DNA of 64,000 nucleotides, taken from contig CAYRXT010000007.1 in assembly GCA_964428315.1 (NCBI GenBank), positions 5,407 through 69,406 on the forward strand, read 5' to 3'. Each line of letters begins with the position of its first letter. The first letter of the stretch is position 1. The notes below the pieces were generated by a model, which saw nothing but the letters and a program-made list of their open reading frames with translations, was not told the DNA's origin and ran no database searches. The translations under genes were made by a program, and so were the position numbers. This stretch comes from an uncultured Planctomycetales bacterium (lineage in GTDB: Bacteria; Omnitrophota; Gorgyraeia; Zapsychrales; CAYRXT01). Below are positions 44,575 to 58,083 of the stretch, piece by piece.

Positions 44575-45849
44575 TCACCGTTCGTGAATTAACTGTCTGG
44601 CAAGCTGCCTTTCTTCCCTTTTTGTGGCAATCTTCCCGTTTAGGCGCGCATGGAGAACAATCTTCAGGATCTCTCCGATTTTCTTTCCGGGATAAACACC
44701 CATGGCCTGGATATCCCGGCCGTCAAGTTTGAGAGTTATGCGCCTGTCCTGAATCAGGTATCGGTCAATGAGCCGTTTCACTTTTCGTTCAACTGCCATG
44801 ACCCTGAAATAGATGACCGTTTCCAATCCGTAGGGTCCCAGGATCTCGAAGACCTCGCTCGGTTTTATCCGGCGGACCTTCAATTTCCGATAGACGTCCT
44901 CGGCCTTGAAGCTCGTTATCACATTTTGGCATTCCCGGCGGTTAAGCTGTAAGCGACGGGCCAGAGACTCAGCGGCGCGTACAGGTAGTTTTCTCAGAAG
45001 GATCATCAGATAGACCTGCCAGAACGCCATCTGCTCTTTAAACCGGGGATCACCCCGCAGGCGTCCGAGACAAAGCTCGGCCTTCCGGAGCGCCCGGAGG
45101 TCGGAAGCGTTCATTGTATAACGCTCATGGATAAATTTCAAGGCCCGCAACATGTGTAGCCGTTTGATACACTTTGAAGGCCGAGGTTCCGTCAGGATTT
45201 TTCTGAATTCATGAAAATACCTCGCCGGCTTGACATTGAGGTAGAGACGCCTGCGCACGGCCGACTTCAGGCATCCCAAGGTAAATGGTTCAATCAAGAA
45301 ATCGAAGCGTTGTTCAAAGCGTACGGCGCGCAGGATACGGGTAGGGTCGTCTTCGAAACTTCGCCTGTGCAAAATCCGAATCCGTCCCGCCTTAACGTCT
45401 TGGAGTCCCCCGAAGGCATCGATAATATGTCCGTATCGGCCTGGAGAAATATCCATGGCCAAGCCATTGATCGTAAAATCCCGGCGGAAGAGATCATCGC
45501 GAAGGGAGCCCGGGCTGACCACAGGGAGAGCCCCGGGGTGAGGATATGCCTCCTTGCGGGCCGAAGCCAGATCGATCCGCAGTCCCCGAGGGGTTTGCAA
45601 TGTTGCCGTTCCGAATTGACGGTGACAGAGAAGTTCCGCCTTCATTTCCCGACTCAAGGTCCAGGCCACCTTTGTAGCGTCGTCTTCAACGACGATGTCC
45701 ACGTCGACATTAGAGCGTCCCAGCAGAAGATCCCGGACGATCCCTCCCACCAGGAATGCACGGATACCCTCCCGGGCGGTGAGACGTCCGATCCTTTTGA
45801 TCACATCCTCAATTCGCGCATCGAGACATCCGGGGTGTGTTTTCTTCAT
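44575..45849 (-). CDS. cca: CCA tRNA nucleotidyltransferase / poly(A) polymerase family protein.
   Basis: GGIVRDLLLGR…DVDIVV head-domain motifs. Confidence 0.75.
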   Translation of the reverse strand: MKKTHPGCLDARIEDVIKRIGRLTAREGIRAFLVGGIVRDLLLGRSNVDVDIVVEDDATKVAWTLSREMKAELLCHRQFGTATLQTPRGLRIDLASARKEAYPHPGALPVVSPGSLRDDLFRRDFTINGLAMDISPGRYGHIIDAFGGLQDVKAGRIRILHRRSFEDDPTRILRAVRFEQRFDFLIEPFTLGCLKSAVRRRLYLNVKPARYFHEFRKILTEPRPSKCIKRLHMLRALKFIHERYTMNASDLRALRKAELCLGRLRGDPRFKEQMAFWQVYLMILLRKLPVRAAESLARRLQLNRRECQNVITSFKAEDVYRKLKVRRIKPSEVFEILGPYGLETVIYFRVMAVERKVKRLIDRYLIQDRRITLKLDGRDIQAMGVYPGKKIGEILKIVLHARLNGKIATKREERQLARQLIHER

Positions 45850-45850
45850 A

Positions 45851-46738
45851 TCACGGGCGGGGATGAAATTTCTGGTGGATGGATTTCAACCGTTCCCTGT
45901 CCACATGCGTGTAAATCTGGGTCGTCGCAATGTCGGCGTGACCGAGCATCTCCTGCACAGAACGCAAATCCGCGCCGTGCTCCAAAAGATGGGTCGCAAA
46001 GGAATGCCTCAGCGTATGAGGCTTGATGACTTTTTTGACCCTCGCCCGGCGGGCATAATATTTAATGATCTTCCAGACACTTTGACGGCTGATCTTCTTC
46101 CCCAGACGGCTCACAAATAAGGCGTTGGTGAGCGTGTTCCTCGCCAGCCTCTTTCGCGCGTCCGAGAGATAACGTCTTAAAGCGCGGCAGGCCTTTTTGC
46201 CGATGGGCACAATCCTTTCCTTTCGGCCCTTTCCGATACAACGGACATACCCTATATCCAGATTAACGCTCTCCACTTTTAAATCCACCAGCTCCGAGAC
46301 CCTCATCCCGCTGGCATAAAGCATTTCAAGAATCGCGTGGTCACGGACTTGCTTCCAGCGTCTTCCATGAGCGGCTCCGATCATGGATTCTACTTCGGAA
46401 GACGTCAAAACATCCGGAACGCGCCTCCACATTTTCGGGGTCTCCACCAGGCTTGAGACATCCTCCTTCACCAGACGCTCCCTGGCAAGAAAACGGTGAA
46501 AGGTCTTAATCGCGGCCAGGGCCCGGTTAATGGTGGCAACCGCCCGCCCCTTTTCCTTCTGATTCTGCATGAACTCAACGATATCCTGTCTCTTGACGGG
46601 ATCCGCCTTTTCCATACCGCGACCCGCCAAAAACCGCGCGTACTTTTCCAGATCACGCCGGTAAGCCAACAGGGTGTTATTGGAAAGCCCCCGCTCGATG
46701 GAAAGGTAATCGAGAAACTGCTGGATAAGCTCTTTCAT
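45851..46738 (-). CDS. xerD: Tyrosine site-specific recombinase XerD/XerC.
   Basis: R…HxxR…Y catalytic residues (…LRHSFATHLLEHG…TQIYTHV). Confidence 0.8.
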   Translation of the reverse strand: MKELIQQFLDYLSIERGLSNNTLLAYRRDLEKYARFLAGRGMEKADPVKRQDIVEFMQNQKEKGRAVATINRALAAIKTFHRFLARERLVKEDVSSLVETPKMWRRVPDVLTSSEVESMIGAAHGRRWKQVRDHAILEMLYASGMRVSELVDLKVESVNLDIGYVRCIGKGRKERIVPIGKKACRALRRYLSDARKRLARNTLTNALFVSRLGKKISRQSVWKIIKYYARRARVKKVIKPHTLRHSFATHLLEHGADLRSVQEMLGHADIATTQIYTHVDRERLKSIHQKFHPRP

Positions 46739-46741
46739 GGA

Positions 46742-50016
<3,275 letters not shown>

Positions 50017-50034
50017 TCACTCCACCGTGTGATT

Positions 50035-50304
50035 TTAAAACGTAATCTTGAACTCCTGATGCCTGTCCGAGGACTTTTCGAATCGGACGTCTTTGGACCG
50101 GATATAGCCATCAAAATGGTCCTCGATGTCCCGAATTGCCTGTTCGACCTTCTCCTGCGGGCCTTCCGCCACCATCTCCACCCTCCCGTCGGAAAGATTG
50201 CGAACCCATCCGGTCAGGCCGGATTCCTTCGCCACCTGACGGACGGTATAACGGAATCCAATTCCCTGAACCGTTCCTGAAAAAAATATGTGCGCCTGTA
50301 TCAT
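50035..50304 (-). CDS. acyP: Acylphosphatase.
   Basis: …SGTVQGIGFRYTVRQ…GWVRNLSDGRVE. The preferred start is MIQAHIFF at 50304. Confidence 0.75.
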   Translation of the reverse strand: MIQAHIFFSGTVQGIGFRYTVRQVAKESGLTGWVRNLSDGRVEMVAEGPQEKVEQAIRDIEDHFDGYIRSKDVRFEKSSDRHQEFKITF

Positions 50305-50535
50305 GGGAAATTCGGATTGTCTATCGGTATTACGATCACGCAAGCAGGGTGCCAAGCTGGGAAGAAATAAATTTCTTTAAGCGGCTTTGATGCCGAAAAA
50401 ACTTGAGGCATGAACGCCGGATTATGTGCCGTCGTTTAGGTAAGTGATTCTCCGTCAAAAACTATCGCCCCGGCCCCGAAAGCAACTCTTACTATTACCG
50501 GAAGGCAGACCGGCCGGCATGGACCTTATCATATT

Positions 50536-50613
50536 TGGTCGGGGAGATGGGATTTGAACCCATGACCTCAACGTCCCGAACGTTGCGCGCTAGCCAAGCT
50601 GCGCTACTCCCCG
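50536..50613 (-). tRNA. tRNA-Pro (anticodon CGG), with CCA encoded.
   Basis: CGGGGAG-TA-GCGC-AGCTTGGCTA-GCGC-G-CAACG-TTCGGGA-CGTTG-AGGTC-ATGGG-TTCAAAT-CCCAT-CTCCCCG-A-CCA. C1:G72 and A73 are typical of bacterial tRNA-Pro. Confidence 0.8.
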
Positions 50614-50693
50614 AATCATATTATTAAATTGTGTACCAGACCAAAGGAAAGCTTAGTTTATCATCTCCCGTAGTGCTCGTCAATTTCCGGAGA

Positions 50694-51131
50694 TCATTCA
50701 ATCTCCTTAACGCTAAAAACCACTTGCCCTTCGCACACGGTTTTTTCTCCCACAGTGGCCTTTGTCGTGATAATCCCCGTCCTGGCCATAAACTTGACAT
50801 GTCCGACTTCGATCCGCAGTTGATCACCGGGGACAACGGGCGCGGAGAACTTCGCCGTAACCTTGCCCAGATAATAGATCAGCTTCTTGCCGACAAGATT
50901 TTTTGAATAATAAAAATATATGCACCCCGCCTGGGCCATGGCCTCGACGATAAGCACGCCGGGCATCACTTTTTCTCCGGGGAAATGGCCTTCAAAAAAG
51001 TGTTCGTTCGCCGACACGTTCTTGACCGCGACCAGCCTTTCATTGGGCACAACCTCTTCAACGCGGTCAATAAGGATGAAGGGGAACCGGTGCGGTATAA
51101 TTTTTTGAATTTCGAGAATATCTAATGGCAT
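50694..51131 (-). CDS. fabZ: 3-hydroxyacyl-ACP dehydratase.
   Basis: …EHFFEGHFPGEKVMPGVLIVEAMAQ. Confidence 0.9.
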   Translation of the reverse strand: MPLDILEIQKIIPHRFPFILIDRVEEVVPNERLVAVKNVSANEHFFEGHFPGEKVMPGVLIVEAMAQAGCIYFYYSKNLVGKKLIYYLGKVTAKFSAPVVPGDQLRIEVGHVKFMARTGIITTKATVGEKTVCEGQVVFSVKEIE

Positions 51132-51145
51132 GCCATGTCCTTTCT

Positions 51146-51901
51146 TTACCGTAACGACAGCCCTCCGTCAACCCGGAGGACCTCACCGTGAATATACTGT
51201 CCCCCTGGCCCCAACAAGAACCGGATACAGGCCGCGACATCCCGAGGCGTACCCAGCCGGCCCAAAGGGATCGTCTCACGCAGGGCCCTTTTCTTTGAAT
51301 CGGATATCACGTCGAGCATGGGGGTGTCGACATATCCGGGGGCGACGGCGTTCACCCTAACTCCATAACCTCCGACCTCCTTGGCCAGGGCCTTGGTGAA
51401 GGCGATAATAGCGCCTTTTGAAGCGCTGTAGTTCGTCTGGCGCGGCAGGCCGGTTATACCTGCCACGGAACTCATATTGATAATAATCCCGCTTTTTTGC
51501 TTCAGAAAGCCCACAATGCACGAGCGGGTGGCATTATATATTCCGTCCAGATTTGTCGCCATCACCTTTCTCCAATCCTCCTGTGTCATTAGCATCAGGG
51601 CCTTGTCCCGAATTATCCCGGCATTATTGATAAGGATATCGATCCTGCCGAATTCCTTAACTACGTTTTTGCACCATTGATTCACCGCGTCAAATTCTGT
51701 TATGTCCACGCCATATCCCCGGCAGCGCCCCCCTGACGCCTTCACCTCTTTTTCCAGGGTACGCGCTTCGCCGGCATGCCTGAAAAAATTGAAAGCCACC
51801 GTGCATCCTTCCTGGGCGATCATCGCGACGATCTCCCGTCCGATACCGCGGGAACCGCCGGTGACGACAGCGACCTTCCCCTCTAACACTTTAGTCCTCA
51901 T
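51146..51901 (-). CDS. fabG: 3-oxoacyl-ACP reductase (SDR).
   Basis: TGGSRGIG…NAG…S…YSASK. Confidence 0.85.
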   Translation of the reverse strand: MRTKVLEGKVAVVTGGSRGIGREIVAMIAQEGCTVAFNFFRHAGEARTLEKEVKASGGRCRGYGVDITEFDAVNQWCKNVVKEFGRIDILINNAGIIRDKALMLMTQEDWRKVMATNLDGIYNATRSCIVGFLKQKSGIIINMSSVAGITGLPRQTNYSASKGAIIAFTKALAKEVGGYGVRVNAVAPGYVDTPMLDVISDSKKRALRETIPLGRLGTPRDVAACIRFLLGPGGQYIHGEVLRVDGGLSLR

Positions 51902-53136
51902 GCTTTATACCTCTTGAGCATGATGCACGAATTGGCGCCGTTTGGCCCGAAGGTAATAATCAGGACCGTGTTGACTTTTGCCTTTCGCGATTGATTCGGG
52001 ACGTAATCCAGATCGCAATCCGGGTCCCTCTCCCGATAATTCACTGTCGGCGGTATAAAATCCTTGTTAAGGACGCCGAGACCGGCCGCTGTCATGAATG
52101 ATCCGGTCACGCTAAAACATTCGCCCGTCATGGATTTTACCGCACTCACCGGAATTTTGTAAGCCCTTTGGCCAAAAATCTCCTTAATGGCATCTGTCTC
52201 GATCTTATCGGCAGCCTTGGTCGAGTTGGCGTTAGCACAGATATAATCCACATCACTGGTCATACAGCCCGCGTCTTCAAGGGTGGCGCGTATCGCCTCT
52301 TTGAGCCCCGTCCCACGGGGATTATACTTGTTTATCCGGAATGGATCAAAGGAATATCCGAAGCCGGCGATTTCCCCGAGGACGGAGGCCCGGCGGTGTT
52401 TGGCATGGTCCAGATCCTCCAGGGCCATCAGGCACGCCCCTTCCCCGAACGTGATACCGTTGCGTCTGGCGTCGAACGGGCAGTTGATGAATCCCTGCCC
52501 TTCGATGGAACCGGAAAGAAACTTCAGTATATGAAAACCAAAAAAGGTCTGCTTACACATCTCTTCGACGCCTCCGGCATAAACAACGCTGGCGCGGTCT
52601 ATTTTTATGAAGTCGTAGGCGTAATGGATAGCATCGATGCTGGCGGTAAAGCCCGTGGATATCGTCGTGTTGAATCCCTGAATGTTGTTCCAGATGGAGA
52701 CCTGGCTGGCCGGCGAATTGATGACGGTATTGGGAAAAAGCGCGGGGTTCGTAAAGCGCGGGCCTTCGCGGAGAGTCACCTCGTCAAAGTCGCTGATGCT
52801 TTTGACACTGCCGAGCGTTGTCCCCACGCTCACTCCGACCCCGTTTGTGTTTTCTTCGGTGATGGCGAACCCGCTGTCGGCCACCGCCAGCTTGGAAGCG
52901 GAGACTAACAGCCTTGTGCTGCGGTCCAGGGACCGCAGGCCCTTTTTTCCCATATAAGGCTCGGGATCAAAATCGCTGATTTCCCCTCCTATATCAACGA
53001 GAAATTCATTTGTGTCGAAAAGTGTGAGCTTCCGGTATCCCACCGTTCCCTTTTCCAGGGCATCCCAGAATTCTTCCTTGCCCTTGCCGTTCGGCGCAAG
53101 TATGCCTAACCCCGTGATGACTACACGTCGTGCCAT
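51898..53136 (-). CDS. Beta-ketoacyl-ACP synthase II (FabF) homologue with all three catalytic residues substituted; a presumably inactive KS/CLF-like paralogue.
   Basis: Full-length KAS II fold. At the E. coli FabF C163 position it reads TISTGFTASIDAI (Cys to Phe). At H303 it reads ICANANSTKAADK (His to Asn). At H340 it reads KSMTGECFSVTG (His to Glu). All three were confirmed by re-translating DNA at 52560-52680, 52201-52260 and 52101-52160. Confidence 0.75.
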   Translation of the reverse strand: MARRVVITGLGILAPNGKGKEEFWDALEKGTVGYRKLTLFDTNEFLVDIGGEISDFDPEPYMGKKGLRSLDRSTRLLVSASKLAVADSGFAITEENTNGVGVSVGTTLGSVKSISDFDEVTLREGPRFTNPALFPNTVINSPASQVSIWNNIQGFNTTISTGFTASIDAIHYAYDFIKIDRASVVYAGGVEEMCKQTFFGFHILKFLSGSIEGQGFINCPFDARRNGITFGEGACLMALEDLDHAKHRRASVLGEIAGFGYSFDPFRINKYNPRGTGLKEAIRATLEDAGCMTSDVDYICANANSTKAADKIETDAIKEIFGQRAYKIPVSAVKSMTGECFSVTGSFMTAAGLGVLNKDFIPPTVNYRERDPDCDLDYVPNQSRKAKVNTVLIITFGPNGANSCIMLKRYKA

Positions 53137-53139
53137 TTC

Positions 53140-53754
53140 TTATCTCTTCTTTTTGACATTAAGCAAACCCATCTGCGCCAGACGCAGGATGTGCTTGGCG
53201 ATCAGGTCGGTTTCAATGTTCACCCTGTCGCCCTTTTCCTTGTATCCCAGCGTCGTCACGCTCAGCGTGTGGGGAATGATGTAGACCGAAAATTCCTTCC
53301 GTCCGATATCGCCGACGGTAAGGCTGATGCCATCTACGCTGACGGAGCCTTTTGTAACAAGCTGTACGAGCAAATCCCGCGGTGGTTCAATGCGGTATTC
53401 ACAGTAATGCCTTCGGGTTATCTTCTTACGAATCATGCCGATCCCGTCCACATGGCCCTGGACAAAATGTCCTCCCAGGGGGGCGCCCGCTTTAAGGGCC
53501 CTCTCGAGGTTGACCCGATATCCCTCAGCGCAAAAACCCAGTGTCGTCCTGGCTATGGTTTCTTTCATCAGATCAAAACAAAATGAATCTCTGCTTTTTT
53601 TCGTGACTGTCAAGCATACCCCTTCAACGGCGATGCTGTCACCGGTTTTTGTTCGCTTAAGCGTCTTTTGTGCGGCGATCGTCAAGGTGAGCAGGTTTTT
53701 TTTCCTGACGATGCGGCGCACCACACCCTTCTCTTCAACAATCCCGCTAAACAT
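53140..53754 (-). CDS. ribE: Riboflavin synthase.
   Basis: MFSGIVEEKG…; two lumazine-binding repeats. Confidence 0.85.
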   Translation of the reverse strand: MFSGIVEEKGVVRRIVRKKNLLTLTIAAQKTLKRTKTGDSIAVEGVCLTVTKKSRDSFCFDLMKETIARTTLGFCAEGYRVNLERALKAGAPLGGHFVQGHVDGIGMIRKKITRRHYCEYRIEPPRDLLVQLVTKGSVSVDGISLTVGDIGRKEFSVYIIPHTLSVTTLGYKEKGDRVNIETDLIAKHILRLAQMGLLNVKKKR

Positions 53755-54841
53755 ATTGCACATACCCCTCGATAAGGATATCCTCTGCGATCCGCCAGAA
53801 GTCCATGTCCCGCAGGAGGATCGTCTTGTTCACGTCTCCGGTCTTCAAGCCGATGATGGAACTCAAGGCCTTCTCGTCCCCCAGTATCTTCGGGGCGATA
53901 AAAATCATGGCCTTATCCGCGAGTTTTTCTCTGAAGAATTCTCCGATCACATGCGCGCCGCCTTCCACCAGAAGGCTTGTCACCTCTTTTTGGCCCAAAA
54001 GCTCCACTAGGCGAGACAATTGCAGGCGGCCGTTTTTAAGCGGACAGACTATCACATTATACCCTTTTTTCCTGAACCGTTCGACCTTTATGCGCGAAGC
54101 CCTGGAGGACACCGCCAGGATAACGTCCTGCGGCCGGCTTTTGTTCATAACCCTGGCACGGGCAGAAATGCGCAGGGCGCTGTCCAGGATAATTTTCTTA
54201 ATCCGTTTGGTCTTGTCCAAGGCATTCAGAAGAGGATCATCCTTCAAAATCGTCCTGATCCCGACAAGAATACCGTCGAAATCATTACGCAGGAATCGGG
54301 CATATGCGCGGGTCTTGGCCGAGGTAATCCACTTGGAGTTCCCGCCGGAGGTCGCAATCTTTCCGTCCAGCGTCTGGGCCGATTTGACAACGACAAACGG
54401 CTGTCCGCTTCGGATATATTTTATAAAAACTTCGTTAAGCCTTTTCAGCTCCTCTTCAAGCAGACCAGATTTAACGCGGATACCCGCCCGCGCAAGTTTT
54501 TTCAGAGAACGTCCGTTATTCAGCGGATTGGGGTCCTTCATCCCCACAACGACTTCCCGGATACCGGACTGGATGATCCGATCCGCACACGGAGGGGTAC
54601 GGCCGTAGTGGGAGCACGGTTCAAGGGTGACGTACATCTTGGCTCCGCGGGCCCGTGCACCGGCCTTCTTTAAGGCCATGACCTCGGCATGATCCTCTCC
54701 GCAGCGGCGATGATAGCCTCCAGCGATAATCCTCCCACCCTTCACGATCAAAGCCCCCACCATGGGGTTCGGAGAAGTCCTGCCCCTCCCCTTAAGGGCC
54801 AGATCCATGGCAAGCCGCATATAATCGGAGTCTTTCTTCAT
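53747..54841 (-). CDS. ribD: Bifunctional diaminohydroxyphosphoribosylaminopyrimidine deaminase / 5-amino-6-(5-phosphoribosylamino)uracil reductase.
   Basis: HAEVMAL…PCSHYGRTPPC deaminase motifs plus a C-terminal reductase domain. Confidence 0.9.
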   Translation of the reverse strand: MKKDSDYMRLAMDLALKGRGRTSPNPMVGALIVKGGRIIAGGYHRRCGEDHAEVMALKKAGARARGAKMYVTLEPCSHYGRTPPCADRIIQSGIREVVVGMKDPNPLNNGRSLKKLARAGIRVKSGLLEEELKRLNEVFIKYIRSGQPFVVVKSAQTLDGKIATSGGNSKWITSAKTRAYARFLRNDFDGILVGIRTILKDDPLLNALDKTKRIKKIILDSALRISARARVMNKSRPQDVILAVSSRASRIKVERFRKKGYNVIVCPLKNGRLQLSRLVELLGQKEVTSLLVEGGAHVIGEFFREKLADKAMIFIAPKILGDEKALSSIIGLKTGDVNKTILLRDMDFWRIAEDILIEGYVQYV

Positions 54842-55668
54842 CGCCGTTGGTCCAGACGTTCTTTCATTTTTTCTATCAATTCGTAGGGGATCTTCGCCTT
54901 GCCGATAAATGTGTTTCTCTTATACTCCCCGTGGGCATCCGATCCCCCCGTCATTAAGAGTCCGTAACGCCCGGCCAAATCCCGATAAAATTCTGTGACA
55001 GGCCTGGCGACATTCGGGTAGAAAACCTCGATCCCTTCAAGTCCTGAATCCACCAGAGAAGGTATCATATCATCTCTCCGCGTAACCATAGGATGCGCCA
55101 TAACGGCAATCCCACCGCCGGAGCGAATCATGGCTATGGCTTCAAAGGGTGTCTGCATGGGATAACAGACATAAGCCGGGCCGTCATCTCCTATGTACCG
55201 GTCAAAGGCCTCCTTGACCGTCGCACATTTTCCCTTTTTCACCAAGACCCGGGCCAGATGCGGCCGGCCCACATTACGGCTTCTGACTTCCTTCAAAACC
55301 TCATTTACCGTCAATTCGGTGATCCCATTCTCCCTAAGACGGTCAATCATGCGCGCCATGCGATGGATCCTCTTTTCCCGGATCACGGACAGGCCTTTCT
55401 GAAACGCCGGATCAGCGACATCCAAAAAATAACCAAGGATATGGATATCTCTTCCATCCCATGAGGACGACAATTCGATGCCGGGAATGACTTCCAGATG
55501 ATAATCTTCGGCCAGGGGGAGGGCCTCCAACACGCCATCAACGGTGTCGTGATCGCAGATGCTGAGACATGTCAGTCCGGCCCGGCTGCCGCCTTCCAGG
55601 ACATCCCGCGGAGACAATGATCCGTCGGAAAAAAAGGTGTGAATATGCAGATCGGCAAAATGTGTCAC
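54838..55668 (-). CDS. PHP-domain phosphoesterase.
   Basis: ADLHIHTFFSDGS…CDHDT. Confidence 0.7.
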   Translation of the reverse strand: MTHFADLHIHTFFSDGSLSPRDVLEGGSRAGLTCLSICDHDTVDGVLEALPLAEDYHLEVIPGIELSSSWDGRDIHILGYFLDVADPAFQKGLSVIREKRIHRMARMIDRLRENGITELTVNEVLKEVRSRNVGRPHLARVLVKKGKCATVKEAFDRYIGDDGPAYVCYPMQTPFEAIAMIRSGGGIAVMAHPMVTRRDDMIPSLVDSGLEGIEVFYPNVARPVTEFYRDLAGRYGLLMTGGSDAHGEYKRNTFIGKAKIPYELIEKMKERLDQRR

Positions 55669-55679
55669 GGCGTATGACG

Positions 55680-56093
55680 CTAGGATATAATCTCCGACTT
55701 ATGGATCTTGTCCAGGACGCCGTTGATGAATTTTCCTGAATCAATATCCCCATATTTCTTTGCCATCTCAACGGCCTCATTGATAGTGACCTTGGGGGGG
55801 ATATCGGGCATATATTTCAGTTCGCAGACGCCCAACCGGAGGATATTCCGATCCACGACCGCCATGCGGTTCAACTCCCAGTTGGCCGCATAGCGGCTTA
55901 TGCATTGGTCCAGATCGGTAAAGTTCTTCTCAACCATCGAGGTCAGCCTCATGCAGAATGCCCTGACCTCGGGTTTCTCGTCTGCCTCAACCGACAGGAA
56001 TTCGGACGCGGCCTCCAGAATGCCTTGACGCGTTATTTCAGCCTGATAAAGAATCTTTAGAACCCATTCCCGGGCTAATGTCCTCTTACGCAT
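55680..56093 (-). CDS. nusB: Transcription antitermination factor NusB.
   Basis: NusB fold; conserved neighbour of ribH. Confidence 0.85.
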   Translation of the reverse strand: MRKRTLAREWVLKILYQAEITRQGILEAASEFLSVEADEKPEVRAFCMRLTSMVEKNFTDLDQCISRYAANWELNRMAVVDRNILRLGVCELKYMPDIPPKVTINEAVEMAKKYGDIDSGKFINGVLDKIHKSEIIS

Positions 56094-56102
56094 AGCAAAT
56101 GT

Positions 56103-56567
56103 TCACATGCTCCTCATAAGATTGACCATGGATACAGCCGCCGAGGCCGCTTCCTGTCCTTTATTATTGCCGTCCTCACGTGAACGCTCATAAGCCTGAT
56201 TTACCGTATCCGCCGTCAACACGCCCAAGATGACCGGTTTCCCCGTCATCAGACCCGCCCGCACAATGCCCTGGGCCATGCCGTTTGACACGATCTCAAA
56301 ATGATAGGTCTCCCCGCGAATGACCGCTCCCAGGCAAATGACAGCGCCTATGTTCCTTTTCTTGGCCAGCTTGAGAGCGCAGACCGGGATCTCGAACGCG
56401 CCGGGGACCCAGACTACGTTGATGTCTTTTTCCTTGACCCCGCGTCGCCTCAATTCGCGCAAACATCCCTCCAGTAATCGCTGCGTGATAAATTCGTTGA
56501 AGCGCGATGCGACGACGGCGAATCTTCCGCCCTGGTTCTTTGGTTTCCGCGAAGTTACCGCCGCCAT
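56103..56567 (-). CDS. ribH: 6,7-dimethyl-8-ribityllumazine synthase.
   Basis: …FAVVASRFNEFIT…VPGAFEIP…. Confidence 0.9.
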   Translation of the reverse strand: MAAVTSRKPKNQGGRFAVVASRFNEFITQRLLEGCLRELRRRGVKEKDINVVWVPGAFEIPVCALKLAKKRNIGAVICLGAVIRGETYHFEIVSNGMAQGIVRAGLMTGKPVILGVLTADTVNQAYERSREDGNNKGQEAASAAVSMVNLMRSM

Positions 56568-56582
56568 GGTCGTCCTTCCAAA

Positions 56583-57782
56583 TCAGAAAAGGTGCCCAAG
56601 TTTGTTTTTTTTCGTGCGCAGGTATTGTTCATTGGTGGGTTTATGGGGGACCTTAAGGGAAACCCGCTCAACGACCGAGAGACCGTACCCTTCAAGGCCG
56701 ACGATCTTGCGCGGATTATTCGTCAAGAGACGAATCTGCTTAACGCCGAGATCAACCAGAATCTGGGCGCCGATTCCGTAGTCGCGCAGATCCGCAGGGA
56801 ATCCCAACGCCTCGTTGGCCTCCACGGTATCCATACCGCTGTCCTGCAAATGATAGGCCTTAATCTTGTTCAGCAGACCTATGCCCCGGCCTTCCTGGCG
56901 CATGTACAACAGGATCCCCGATCCGTTCATTTGTATGACCTTCAAGGAGGCCTCCAGCTGTTCCCCGCAGTCGCAACGATACGATTTGAAGACGTCCCCC
57001 GTCAGACATTCCGACTGGACACGGACCAGCTCGGGCACCGTTCCGTCCACTTTGCCCAGGACCAAAGCGATATGACAGATGCCGTCGACCATAGACTCAT
57101 ATCCGATCATCCGGAATTTACCCCAAGGCGTAGGCAAAACGGTTTCGACGACCCGTTTGATGAGCTTCTCATATTTCCGCCGATATTCGATAAGGCTGTC
57201 TATCGTACATATCTTGATCCCGTGTTTTCTGGCAAAATCAACAAGCTCCTGCGTTCTGGCCATGGTCCCGTTCTCATTCATAATCTCGCAGATTACGCCG
57301 GCGGGATACAAGCCCGCGATACGCATAAGATCGACGGAGGCCTCCGTGTGACCGGCTCTGACGAGAACCCCACCTTTTCTCGCCCGTAGAGGAAAAAGGT
57401 GACCCGGGGTCACCAGATCGCTCGGATTGGATTTCGGGTCGATCAAGACCTCCACCGTCTTGGCGCGGTCAAAGGCCGATATGCCCGTCGTTACGCCAAA
57501 TTTGGCATCCACCGACATGGCCCATGCCGTCGAACAATGATCGTGTTTTGTCGAATAATCGTCCCGCATAGGAAAAAGATGCAGCTGATCCAACCGCTCA
57601 CCTTCCATCGGAACGCAGATAAGACCTCTCGCCTCCCTGGCCATGAAATTAATGATGTCCGGCGTAATAAATTGAGCGGCCACCAGGATATCACCTTCAT
57701 TCTCACGGCCCTCATCATCCATCACGATGACCATTTTCCCGTTTTTGAGATCTTCGACAATTTCTGTTATGGAATTGAACAT
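56583..57782 (-). CDS. ribBA: Bifunctional 3,4-dihydroxy-2-butanone-4-phosphate synthase / GTP cyclohydrolase II.
   Basis: Start ATG 57782 has an AAGGAGAGG RBS; the track starts at 57815. DHBP synthase and GCHII domains. Confidence 0.9.
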   Translation of the reverse strand: MFNSITEIVEDLKNGKMVIVMDDEGRENEGDILVAAQFITPDIINFMAREARGLICVPMEGERLDQLHLFPMRDDYSTKHDHCSTAWAMSVDAKFGVTTGISAFDRAKTVEVLIDPKSNPSDLVTPGHLFPLRARKGGVLVRAGHTEASVDLMRIAGLYPAGVICEIMNENGTMARTQELVDFARKHGIKICTIDSLIEYRRKYEKLIKRVVETVLPTPWGKFRMIGYESMVDGICHIALVLGKVDGTVPELVRVQSECLTGDVFKSYRCDCGEQLEASLKVIQMNGSGILLYMRQEGRGIGLLNKIKAYHLQDSGMDTVEANEALGFPADLRDYGIGAQILVDLGVKQIRLLTNNPRKIVGLEGYGLSVVERVSLKVPHKPTNEQYLRTKKNKLGHLF

Positions 57783-57812
57783 ATGCGCACCTCTCCTTTT
57801 TTTCCAAAGGAA

Positions 57813-58078
57813 CAAAAAATCCCCGAATCATTCTCTCGGGGCCTGAACGCAGTCTTTACGTTAACTTTCTCCCCTCTAGGCTTTGGTTCCGCTCATCGCG
57901 GCCCCCCCTGCATAATAACAGGACTATTGGCTCAAGATTCCCTCATCCTCAAGGGTGAGGCCACTTGATCTGCTAACCTTAAGAACATTATCGCCGAATG
58001 CCCGCTGTTGTCCTTAAGTGCTCGTAGGCTTCCCCCGCAAACAGCGGAGATCACTACCAGCTGGGAATTTCACCCGAC
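57813..58078 (-). ncRNA. FMN riboswitch (RFN element) with an intrinsic-terminator expression platform, in the ribBA 5' leader.
   Basis: Minus strand begins …CTTTCGGGGTCGGGTGAAATTCCCAGCTGGTAG… (hallmark GGGTGAAATTCCC) and has …GGATGAGGGAATC… near the 3' part. It ends with hairpin CCCCGAGAGAATGATTCGGGG + ATTTTTTG (57813-57843), about 25 nt before the ribBA RBS. Confidence 0.6.
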
Positions 58079-58083
58079 CCCGA

